From a virus (taxonomy: Duplodnaviria; Caudoviricetes): a stretch of 64,000 nt of DNA. Below the pieces are notes generated by a model. It had not been told where the DNA came from. It searched no databases and was given only the letters and a program-made list of their open reading frames with translations. Position 1 is the stretch's first letter, and each line of letters opens with the position of its first letter. The stretch is taken from IMG/VR virus record IMGVR_UViG_3300020718_000010, positions 1 to 64,000 of that record; one strand, given 5' to 3'. A program made the position numbers and the translations under genes. This document shows positions 14,486-23,311 of the stretch, piece after piece.

Positions 14486-15064
14486 ATGACAACAGACCAA
14501 TTTGATTTACCATTAGAAGAGTATTTATTACAACAAGGAGAGCCAGAGGGTTTTGAAGGGCTTGACCGAGAGTTTGTAATTAATAATGATGACGATGCTT
14601 TGTGGGCAATGAAGGGATTTGCCAATGCTCAACGACGCATAAATGAAATTGAGCGTCAAGGGCAAAAAGAAATTGACCGAATAAACCTATGGATTCAAGC
14701 AAACACACGTCGCCACCAATACGAGATTGATTACTACCAAAACATTCTTCAATCTTATTTAAATCGTGTCCGTGAAGACAGTGCTGATGGTAGAAAGTCT
14801 TTGGACTTTCCGGATGGCGTTGTTTCAAGCAGGATTACGCCTAGCAAGGTAAGTGTCTCCGACATTCAGGCTTTTGTTGCGTGGGCAGAAACTAACGGCC
14901 ACGAAGAATGGATTCGTATTAAAAAAGATGCAGACGTTTCTAGCATCAAGAAAGTTGTTGATTATTCGGGCGACCTTGTTATTGACCCAATTACTGGTGA
15001 GGTTATTGAAGGCCTTTCTCATGTTGAGGGTGGGCTTTCTGTGACTATAAAGGTGTCTGAATAA
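14486..15064 (+). CDS. gam: Mu Gam-like DNA end-binding host-nuclease inhibitor
   Basis: A.WAM.......RRINEI.....EIDRI..W...Y....L..Y......RKSL.FP.G.V..R; AGGGAG SD before ATG 14486. Confidence 0.8.
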   Translation: MTTDQFDLPLEEYLLQQGEPEGFEGLDREFVINNDDDALWAMKGFANAQRRINEIERQGQKEIDRINLWIQANTRRHQYEIDYYQNILQSYLNRVREDSADGRKSLDFPDGVVSSRITPSKVSVSDIQAFVAWAETNGHEEWIRIKKDADVSSIKKVVDYSGDLVIDPITGEVIEGLSHVEGGLSVTIKVSE

Positions 15065-15261
15065 TGTCAGAATTAAAAAATTACAACGAGCAACTTTTAA
15101 AAACTCTCGGCCATCTTATTAAAGCAAAAATTCCTGAACAAGAACTTGTTTGGGAAGAGCCTTCGCAGTGTGTGACATTTGATTTTGTTCACGAGGGATG
15201 GGGTTGTGGATACTTTATCCTTCGTGCTGATGGTACTTGGGATTGCATTCTTCCCGATTAA
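15064..15261 (+). CDS. Hypothetical protein
   Basis: 65-aa ORF with TAATG overlap to gam. Confidence 0.6.
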   Translation: MSELKNYNEQLLKTLGHLIKAKIPEQELVWEEPSQCVTFDFVHEGWGCGYFILRADGTWDCILPD

Positions 15262-15265
15262 ATAA

Positions 15266-15315
15266 ACAAAGCCCGTAGGTTTGGATTTCTCCGCCTACGG
15301 GCTTTGTTGTTTTTG
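15266..15315. terminator. Intrinsic terminator between convergent early and late genes (likely bidirectional)
   Basis: Perfect 14-bp stem ACAAAGCCCGTAGG/CCTACGGGCTTTGT flanked by A-rich and T-rich tracts. Confidence 0.85.
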
Positions 15316-15346
15316 ATTATCAGGTGTTAGTCACCTTAGAAATAAA

Positions 15347-15625
15347 TTACTTTTTAAGAATTGATTCAGGCTTTGCTGCGCCTAAAAGTTTTCCTAGCGC
15401 TGGAACCTTTGCTTCTGCATAGTGAATTGCAGTGCTGTAAACCGCTGCTACAACAGGCGCTACGTAAGCGTATGCTTGTGTTGTTGTTAGCGTGAAGCCA
15501 GCCTTTGCTGCCCACGAAACTAAAAGTCCAACAATTGCTGGAACGGCATATCTAGTGAATGATGCTGCTAGTGCCTTCGGGTCTACCGGTGATGCGTTAG
15601 TCGTTGTTGGTGTCTGGTCGCTCAT
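15347..15625 (-). CDS. Putative holin (actinophage type)
   Basis: Two hydrophobic segments, RYAVPAIVGLLVSW...AAVY.....E.K.P..GKLLG; AGGAG SD before ATG 15625. Confidence 0.7.
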   Translation of the reverse strand: MSDQTPTTTNASPVDPKALAASFTRYAVPAIVGLLVSWAAKAGFTLTTTQAYAYVAPVVAAVYSTAIHYAEAKVPALGKLLGAAKPESILKK

Positions 15626-15929
15626 TAGAAGCAAACTCCTGTCTTAGGGTCTCTGGTAAATCTTTCTCGGCTTGGGCCCTGTGCCATCCGAGGTGTCTTT
15701 CTACCTTATCCTCAATGGTGTCAAAACGCAAGTCCATTTTTGCAAAACCTAAGTCAATTTTTTCAAATCGTGCATCTAGTCGCTCATATTGAGCATCATC
15801 CCTAACGCTATCTGCTTTGTTTTCTTTACGATTTTGATGTGCTGAATACCACGCCGATGTTGCCGCAAGTGTTGCGGGAACGGCAGAAATTATTGCCGCT
15901 ACTACGTAGGGGTAAGTGGTGGGGGTCAT
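15597..15929 (-). CDS. Lysis-cassette membrane-anchored coiled-coil protein (DUF2746-like)
   Basis: N-terminal TM then heptad repeats ending HLGWH; leaderless ATG 15929, 6 nt below TAAAAT. Confidence 0.6.
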   Translation of the reverse strand: MTPTTYPYVVAAIISAVPATLAATSAWYSAHQNRKENKADSVRDDAQYERLDARFEKIDLGFAKMDLRFDTIEDKVERHLGWHRAQAEKDLPETLRQEFASNERPDTNND

Positions 15930-15963
15930 GCCCAAATTTTAGACCACGGTTTCCAAAAGCAGG

Positions 15964-16851
15964 TTATGAAGCGGGGCCTTCATTGTAAATAGTTAAAGAC
16001 GTTGGTGTTGTCTTTGATTTACTAGTTTTTGGGAAAGGATTTGTTGGTGCAAATTGAATGTTCCAAGTTGTAGAAGTAGACGTACTGTTGTTTACCCCAG
16101 TTTCCCATCCTACGTACCAAGCAAAATCAGATTTGGAAAACATTTTTGTCCAGTCACCGCTTTTAGATGTTTTATCCGAAAGTGACCACGTTATTGAACC
16201 ATGAAGTGTGTAATAGCCCGGAGAAGGAATTGCAATTTGATTTGCAGGTGAATAAGAGCATTCATTTTGTGTAAGCGTTGTTGACTGCATTGTTGCAGGT
16301 GGCGCAAAAACTCCAATAGAGAAGAAACCACTTGATGATGTCGTTCCGCTTACAAGAATTGTTGTAGAAATTTCTGCTTTGTAAAGATGATTTGGTAAAA
16401 CTTCGCAAGTAATACTTAAACCAGCGCCACCCGCTGTTGGCAAAAGCGGCAGAGGGGTATTGCCTGTTGGCATTGAATAAAGGTAAGCGTCGGTCCAGAC
16501 TTTTCTTGCCATTAAATGGGAGGGAGCACCTTGACCGCCGTTGGTTGATGTAGTGGGCGTCCCATTTGTTGCTGGTGTATTTCCAGAAATTGCGCTTTGC
16601 ACGACTGCATCATATTCAGTAAGCGTTAACCAAACTGTGTCATTTAGTTTTGGTGTGTAACTAGAAACATAAGAAACACCGTGGAGCGGAGATGTATCTC
16701 CTGCAAGTTGAACACTTAAAAGGGGGCCCCCACCGTCGTAGTTGGGGTCAAAGCCAACAATTTGACCCATTCGCATTGTGTCTGTTGGAGGTAAAGAACT
16801 TTGCCCGTTATTAACAATTGAATTTGCTAGGTCTTTGTAATCAAATGGCAT
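15964..16851 (-). CDS. Minor tail protein (tip/spike-like)
   Basis: N-terminal OB-like G.IVG....V...G.......VSSY.P..ND.VW segment; last gene of tail block. Confidence 0.6.
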   Translation of the reverse strand: MPFDYKDLANSIVNNGQSSLPPTDTMRMGQIVGFDPNYDGGGPLLSVQLAGDTSPLHGVSYVSSYTPKLNDTVWLTLTEYDAVVQSAISGNTPATNGTPTTSTNGGQGAPSHLMARKVWTDAYLYSMPTGNTPLPLLPTAGGAGLSITCEVLPNHLYKAEISTTILVSGTTSSSGFFSIGVFAPPATMQSTTLTQNECSYSPANQIAIPSPGYYTLHGSITWSLSDKTSKSGDWTKMFSKSDFAWYVGWETGVNNSTSTSTTWNIQFAPTNPFPKTSKSKTTPTSLTIYNEGPAS

Positions 16852-18560
16852 TAGTAACCCTGACTGTACTCAGCAGAACGAATAATGTCTTGCTTAGTTC
16901 CACTACGACGTGCACGACAAGTTAGCGACATTGCTGTTTGTGGTTCAAGCGGAATTGTAACCTTTTCAACATAATAAGGAATTGAACCATCGCTGGGGAC
17001 ACTTGGGTCAAGCACTGCCGTCCCCTTTCTGTAATCCAACGTTGGTGTTATTGGATTAATTGAAATTGTTTTTGCACCAATTGAAACGTCATCTGCAACT
17101 GTAATTGTTTCTGAACCAGCATCTGTATAGAGAACAAGTTGTTTTCCTTTTGGAATAAACATAGAAATTCCATTTACAGAAATTTTTGTAATTGTTTTTT
17201 TTCCAGTGTCAGCAGTTAATCCACCAACAACTGTGTCTTCATCAAAAATTCCAACTCTTTTACGACGCACAAGAACAACATCACCCGCATCTATTGCGGG
17301 GTTGCAGATGCCTTCAAGCGTTGTTGTTTCGTCCCCACCAATAAAAGCGTTTAAATATTTGTCAGCAGCATTTTGAACCATTGCTTGTGTTGTTAATTTT
17401 TTGCGACCGGGTTCATAACCGATTGTTCTTCCATACTCACCTAAATAGTAAGTAGGGGAATTTGGGTCGCCGTCAAAAGCGATTGCTTTTAATGGTTTTT
17501 TTGTAGCGGTATTTTCACCAGTGGCAATTACATAATTAACAGATTTTGAATCATCAAGTTTTTTACTGACATTTGTAAGAAGTCCATTTTCTCCGTCACG
17601 AAAAGACCAGCAGGCTTGAACCGTGTTGGGGTCATCAATTGATTTAAGAGTAAATTTACCGTCACGGTCTACAAAAAGTTCTGCACCCAGTGCGGTTGCA
17701 AGTCCAGTAATGTCTGTCCAAGGGGAGTTAGAGCCAGATGAACTTACGGTTCGTGCACCCATAATAATTGGTGAAGTTAATTTTGCGTCAGCGTTACCTG
17801 CAAAGTTAAATGTTGGCTCACCAAAAACTGGACTTCTTAGTGGCCAACGGTCTTTAATTAAAATTTTAATTGCTTCTTGAATGGTTCCCGGAGTTGAAGC
17901 GGTACCAACGACATATGTTTGTTCTGGTGTTGTGTCGGTTTTTGAAACAGGGACAGAGTATTTTTTGGTCCAAACAGTAACTGGGCTGGTCCAATGGTTT
18001 CTACCAATGTTATTGCTTATGTCAGCGCCAGTGACATTAATTTGAAGTTGTGCTTCATTTGGTTCATCAATTTGTACTGTATTTATTCTAAAAACCCCAA
18101 GAGGTATTAATTCATAAGGAGGGTTTTCTGCTAAATCAATTGCCCATTGAGGAATGTTTTCTTTAGGTTTTCCATTTTCATCAACAAGATTGTCAAAACG
18201 CAATAACCAGTCGGGTATGTGTGCTTCCGAATCCCAAAGTTGTTGTGGTATCCGTGTTGGGTCCCAAAGAACTCCACGGTAAGCAAAAATGTGTTGTCCA
18301 TAAATATTTAAAGGGTCGTAATCATTGTGTGGAATTAGCAATTCATCATTAGTTACAAAACTAATGCTTCTTCTAAAGTCCTTTGATGTTCTATCAATTG
18401 TTACGGAACCAGAAACAACGGGAATGTTCGTAGTTATTTTTTTGGGTGAAAGTGCCTTTACAACAACCATTGAACGGTGAGAACTTTTAAGAGATTCAGT
18501 CATTTTTTTACTAATGCGAAAATGTAGTGCTGAATATTCTGTTGACGGTGGAAGTGGCAT
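16851..18560 (-). CDS. Tail hub / baseplate protein (DUF5047-like)
   Basis: GSVTIDR....RRS, LIPLGVFRI, LGAELFVDRDG, YNYVIATGEN-like and YYLGEYG motifs; position after Dit-like gene. Confidence 0.75.
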   Translation of the reverse strand: MPLPPSTEYSALHFRISKKMTESLKSSHRSMVVVKALSPKKITTNIPVVSGSVTIDRTSKDFRRSISFVTNDELLIPHNDYDPLNIYGQHIFAYRGVLWDPTRIPQQLWDSEAHIPDWLLRFDNLVDENGKPKENIPQWAIDLAENPPYELIPLGVFRINTVQIDEPNEAQLQINVTGADISNNIGRNHWTSPVTVWTKKYSVPVSKTDTTPEQTYVVGTASTPGTIQEAIKILIKDRWPLRSPVFGEPTFNFAGNADAKLTSPIIMGARTVSSSGSNSPWTDITGLATALGAELFVDRDGKFTLKSIDDPNTVQACWSFRDGENGLLTNVSKKLDDSKSVNYVIATGENTATKKPLKAIAFDGDPNSPTYYLGEYGRTIGYEPGRKKLTTQAMVQNAADKYLNAFIGGDETTTLEGICNPAIDAGDVVLVRRKRVGIFDEDTVVGGLTADTGKKTITKISVNGISMFIPKGKQLVLYTDAGSETITVADDVSIGAKTISINPITPTLDYRKGTAVLDPSVPSDGSIPYYVEKVTIPLEPQTAMSLTCRARRSGTKQDIIRSAEYSQGY

Positions 18561-18562
18561 AA

Positions 18563-21500
18563 CTAACTTCCGTAAGTGTAGCCAAAATTTGGCGGTGCAG
18601 CCTCGACATAAGAAATTGCAACTTCACGGTATGGGTTTGCTGCAGCATGGTGTGTGACTTGAATATCGCCATTGATAAATACATAGCGTCGTTCAGATTC
18701 AACCGGGTCAATAAGAATTAATGTTTCACCCTTATTTAACAAAGAAACAAAATCATTCCAATTAGCATCGTCTGTCCAAATGACAGTAATAGTTGCGTCT
18801 CTTCCTTGTACAACACCGGCAATGGTAAGTGGTCGACTTGAGCCAAGCGGGTAGTAAACACCGGCGGGGTGCTTTTGAGTTTCTTGTACATTATTTTGAA
18901 CGTTAATTGGGTAACGTACCGCTTCATCTGAAGTGCTTGAAATCCACCAAGTGCTACTAGAGACGGGTGGTGCAATTGCTGGTATAGATGTAACACCTAA
19001 GGTTTCAATGTTATTTGCATCTTTGAAACTTGCTTGTGCACGGTAAGCAGTGTAAGAACCGGGAATTACATCCCAATCCGTAAATTGTACTTGCCCGTTT
19101 CCATTGGTATTAATGCTTCCACCATTCCAAAGCGTGTTCCATGTAACGCCGTAATCTTCGCTTTTTTCAATTTTAAATACGTACGAAGCGTCTGGGTTAT
19201 CTGTATATCCTGATTTGTTCCAATTAAAAACAGCAACGGGGGTATTTTGAAGTTGATTATTTGAAAAAGAACCACTAATACTTGTTGTGAAACCAGTCAC
19301 TTGAGTTCCTGCAGGATAAGAATTTGATAAAGGTGATTGTAGATAAACTTTTTTTGAACCATCCCAACTTGGGTCAATTATTACTTGCTCTGCAGTTGAA
19401 TAGATAGATGCTGGAGTTGTTAAAAAAGAACCCGCTGCTTTTCCTTGGGCAAGTTGTTGCGAATTAGTCAATTGTGCTTGTGCAATTCCCGTTTTTGCCG
19501 TTAAAGAAGACTCTGATGATTTTGGTATTAGGTCATAAACGTTTATGTATAGGGTTGCGCCAGCGGCAAGACCAACAACAGAATCAAGGACAATTAATTG
19601 TGTTCCAACAGAAACTGGTTGAGTCAAAGTTGTTACGATAACCGGGTCACCGCCACCTTGGTGAATTTCTCTGCTCCCGTTGTCGTTAACGGGGTCAAAA
19701 AGATAAAGTGAATCGCCCCCCTCAGTTGGTGTTGTAGAAGGCAAAATAAATGCGTGGTCTGCACTTGGTCCAGATTTCAAAGCAGTTATTGGTGATAAAA
19801 GGTTTGGTAATTCTGTGCTTAAAACAGTTGCACCATTTGCAACGCTTGGTGTTAGAGATTTAAACATAAGCCCTGAAAGAGCAAATACTTTTCCACTTGT
19901 AACACCAGTTAAAAGAATTCTAGGACAAGCAATTGTTGCAGAAATATTAATAGTGTCGGCTGAGGTGCTTGGATATCCGCTTACAAATTGAACAGGTATT
20001 GTTTTTGCGCCTGATGGTACAGAGGCTGTTGTTAAAATTTTTCCACCGCTTGAAAGATAAAGCAATGTGTTTGCGGCAAGTGCATTTGTTATTCCTGAAC
20101 TAAAAGTGTATGAAGAGCCCAAACTAATTGGGTCAGAAGTGTGTGCATTAACAAGGTTGCGTGTAAGGGTTAATACATTGCCATTTATTGAATCAACTTG
20201 AACGCTTTCTACATTTAATGCAGTTCCAACGGTCAATGTTGTGCCTGCAAGGATTGTTAATCCCGTTGTGGAACTTAGTGTTAAAGAATTTGAATTAATT
20301 GACCCCGTTGCGGTTACGGTTGCACCGCCGCTTGTTTTGGAAAAAAATGTTGCCCCTGTTGCAACAACGGTATTTGATGGTGCTGTCGCAACAATTGCAT
20401 TTGGTACCCAGCCAAGTGTTCCAGAATTTTTGCCCAAACTAATTGGAGAAATTGTGTTTACCTGAGTAGGGTTTTTAAGACTTTTTGTTCCATTTGAAGA
20501 AGATATAAAATTCCCATTGTCGTCATACCAGTCGATATACATACCAAAAGTAGGTGTGTCTGTGCCTACAATAATTTTTCCATATCCTGCAAACCCGTAA
20601 ACATTTCCAGCGGTAACGGGGATTGAATTGTCTGCATTCCATCCATTCCATCCGCCGGTTGGGTAAATGGTTATTTCTGAATTGCCTGTTGCACTTGGCA
20701 TTAATTGAAGAGAGTTTGTTCCAAAATAAGGGGGATTTCTAAAAACAACCGAAGTAGCACCAGCAGAAAATTTTGCTTTTGGAATAAAAGGGTTGCATGG
20801 AATGTTTTGTGTACCCGCTTCTATAACTAAAGAAGTACTTTGAACAAGTGTTATGGCGATTGAATAAATGGAAGTGTGCGCAGTATCTGAAAAAATAGGA
20901 GTGATTGTTGTTCCGCTTGGCACAACAATGTAAAAAACATTATTCCCACCAACAACAGTTGATGCTGTATTTGAACCTACAAGCGTCATTGGCGGTATGC
21001 CAGCGCCTGAAATTTGACTTCCAGAAAATTGATTTGCTGTTATAACAGAATCACTTGTAACTTGAATTGCATTATTTGTTGTGGTTGTTGTTCCCGCCGT
21101 CCAAGTGCTTCCGGTGTAATTACCAATGTTGCAATTAGAGAATTGTGTGTAGGGGGTGTTGGATGTATTAATGGAAACAACAAAACTTTGTTGTTGGAAA
21201 ACATCTGTTGTTGTTTTTTTGGGCGCTGAAGGAATTAGAACAGTTTTTGTTCCAGCCTTACCGGGGGTTGTAACTGAATAATTTAAAATCATGTAAGCAC
21301 CCGGGCCAAATGATTTAATTGAGGTGTTACCAGAAATGGTTAATTTTTGCGTTGCTGGCAAGTTTGATTTAGCGTATGGTGAAACCGCACTCATTCTTGT
21401 TCCAACTGGTATTTCGTATGCTTGTGTTCCGGCAACTTTAAATGCGTCTAAAGAATAACGTTTTGTGCCATCGCTGCAATTGCAGTCAAGAGAGGACATA

Positions 21501-23311
21501 GGCGCTATTGCTTTATTAGTCCCTGTTATTTTTATTTTTCCAACATTAAATGGAGCAGTCAAAGTCATTGAACCAGTTTTTGTTCCGTATTGCAAGTAAA
21601 TGGTTGTACCCGCTGGAAGGCTTGGTATTTCTGCGGAAGGAGGTGCCGTCTTATCTCCTTGTTGAGCAAAAATATTATAAACACCAGACCCGAGGCCCAT
21701 AAAAACAGCGTTGCCATTTGATGCAGCACCCCATGAAACTTTGCCTGTTGTTGTTCCAAACCATTGTGGTGCTGCTGCTTTTGGTGCGGCCGTGCTGTTC
21801 CCCGTAACGGTTACATCTACTTTAGTTAAATCGGAAAGTGACGTAACCGCTTGGCTGGTTACGTCTACCCCACCAGTGGTGTTATTAAAAGTTGCAACTA
21901 CTTTTGGAATAAAAATAGTTGCGCTTATGCCGCCTTTGGGGACGGAAATATATTGATGAGCGATTCCTGCATTTCCCGTTGAAACGGTCACATTTGTTAT
22001 TGGTTTTCCATTTCCAGAAGTTTGTTGAATTGCAAATGGACCAACACCAGAAGTTGTAGTTACCGCAGCGGTGCCACCAGTAACTCGACCCGTTGGTGCG
22101 ACGGGGGTTACTGTGGTGACTTTTTCTGTCCAAGTTAAAGTTCCAATATCACCAACATAAATGTCTTGTTGAAGACCATAGGTAACCGTTGCCCACTGAC
22201 TGTGAGATGCGGCAGTTGAACCAAGGTAACCACGTTGAACAATAGTAAATGTATCTGGCGATGTTGCTGTTGTGCCATCAAAATTATTGACTACAAGAAT
22301 TTTTTCATCATCAATTTGTACCCAAAATTGTTTGTATTCTTTGTTTGGAAAATATAAAGGTGGGGTGTTTTTTCCATTACTTCCAGAAACCATAAAGTCT
22401 GTCGTTCCAGTTGATGTGGAAAGACCACCGAGTAAAGAAACATAGCCCGTTGCTCCTACGTTTACGTAGTCCCATGATTTATTAGTATCTAGGGTGTCCT
22501 TAAGGACAACGCCAGTTGCCCCAACGTCAAGCAATGTTGCTGCTGTGTCGTATTGGGTTGTGTTCCAACCACCAATGCCAGCGTCAAAGTCTCCGTTATT
22601 TCCGTTAAAAAGATTGTCTGTGCTTTGAATAGTTAAAACATTTACAGAGTTTGTATTGTCTGTGTATACAGACATGATTGGTGCTTGTGGTTGTAGTATT
22701 ACTACGTTAAAAGGTTCTGCGGTCCAGTCACCTAGCCAAGTTGTATTTTGGTGGTTTTTACCAACCTGTACATATGCCCAATATTTTTCACCGCTAATAA
22801 AACCGTCTTTTTTCTCTACAAATATTTGATTTGTATTATCATTTGCTTGTTTTTCAACAATAAGATTTTTTGTTGAATTAGGGTCAAAATTAGAAGATTG
22901 AACTATAAAATCTGGAAAAATACGAACTCGCCAAGATACTTGCGGTGATGAATCCATGTCATCGTATTCCCATCCGATTGTGTATTCGGTTGTGTCATTG
23001 GGGTCTGATGAAAACTCCATGTTGTCTGATGGGGTAAAGTAAATGTTTTTTGCTAATGCTGAAGCATTAAATTCAATAGTTTGCCCCATTGAGCGAACTG
23101 TTGTTGTTGTTTGCTGCGGGACTTGTGCGGTGACTTTGGGGGTTACAGAGGATAGAGAGTTCGCTGTCCACTCTTCGCCGCTTGGTGATTTAGATAATTT
23201 TGCACCACGAATGACCGTGTATCCCCCATTGGGTGCGGGCGTTATTTCCTGAGCCTTTGTTTCAGCACCCGTTTTAGGGTCAACGTGAGATACGGCGACC
23301 TTATTTATCAT
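18563..23311 (-). CDS. Large distal-tail (Dit-like) protein with FN3/CBM-like insertions
   Basis: W.YDD.D..PQ..WRVRIF FN3-like N-part; NGDFD.GIGGW CBM-like motif; C-terminal WWIS...GVYYPLG..RP....G.....L..LL..G.TL..IDP. Confidence 0.7.
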   Translation of the reverse strand: MINKVAVSHVDPKTGAETKAQEITPAPNGGYTVIRGAKLSKSPSGEEWTANSLSSVTPKVTAQVPQQTTTTVRSMGQTIEFNASALAKNIYFTPSDNMEFSSDPNDTTEYTIGWEYDDMDSSPQVSWRVRIFPDFIVQSSNFDPNSTKNLIVEKQANDNTNQIFVEKKDGFISGEKYWAYVQVGKNHQNTTWLGDWTAEPFNVVILQPQAPIMSVYTDNTNSVNVLTIQSTDNLFNGNNGDFDAGIGGWNTTQYDTAATLLDVGATGVVLKDTLDTNKSWDYVNVGATGYVSLLGGLSTSTGTTDFMVSGSNGKNTPPLYFPNKEYKQFWVQIDDEKILVVNNFDGTTATSPDTFTIVQRGYLGSTAASHSQWATVTYGLQQDIYVGDIGTLTWTEKVTTVTPVAPTGRVTGGTAAVTTTSGVGPFAIQQTSGNGKPITNVTVSTGNAGIAHQYISVPKGGISATIFIPKVVATFNNTTGGVDVTSQAVTSLSDLTKVDVTVTGNSTAAPKAAAPQWFGTTTGKVSWGAASNGNAVFMGLGSGVYNIFAQQGDKTAPPSAEIPSLPAGTTIYLQYGTKTGSMTLTAPFNVGKIKITGTNKAIAPMSSLDCNCSDGTKRYSLDAFKVAGTQAYEIPVGTRMSAVSPYAKSNLPATQKLTISGNTSIKSFGPGAYMILNYSVTTPGKAGTKTVLIPSAPKKTTTDVFQQQSFVVSINTSNTPYTQFSNCNIGNYTGSTWTAGTTTTTNNAIQVTSDSVITANQFSGSQISGAGIPPMTLVGSNTASTVVGGNNVFYIVVPSGTTITPIFSDTAHTSIYSIAITLVQSTSLVIEAGTQNIPCNPFIPKAKFSAGATSVVFRNPPYFGTNSLQLMPSATGNSEITIYPTGGWNGWNADNSIPVTAGNVYGFAGYGKIIVGTDTPTFGMYIDWYDDNGNFISSSNGTKSLKNPTQVNTISPISLGKNSGTLGWVPNAIVATAPSNTVVATGATFFSKTSGGATVTATGSINSNSLTLSSTTGLTILAGTTLTVGTALNVESVQVDSINGNVLTLTRNLVNAHTSDPISLGSSYTFSSGITNALAANTLLYLSSGGKILTTASVPSGAKTIPVQFVSGYPSTSADTINISATIACPRILLTGVTSGKVFALSGLMFKSLTPSVANGATVLSTELPNLLSPITALKSGPSADHAFILPSTTPTEGGDSLYLFDPVNDNGSREIHQGGGDPVIVTTLTQPVSVGTQLIVLDSVVGLAAGATLYINVYDLIPKSSESSLTAKTGIAQAQLTNSQQLAQGKAAGSFLTTPASIYSTAEQVIIDPSWDGSKKVYLQSPLSNSYPAGTQVTGFTTSISGSFSNNQLQNTPVAVFNWNKSGYTDNPDASYVFKIEKSEDYGVTWNTLWNGGSINTNGNGQVQFTDWDVIPGSYTAYRAQASFKDANNIETLGVTSIPAIAPPVSSSTWWISSTSDEAVRYPINVQNNVQETQKHPAGVYYPLGSSRPLTIAGVVQGRDATITVIWTDDANWNDFVSLLNKGETLILIDPVESERRYVFINGDIQVTHHAAANPYREVAISYVEAAPPNFGYTYGS

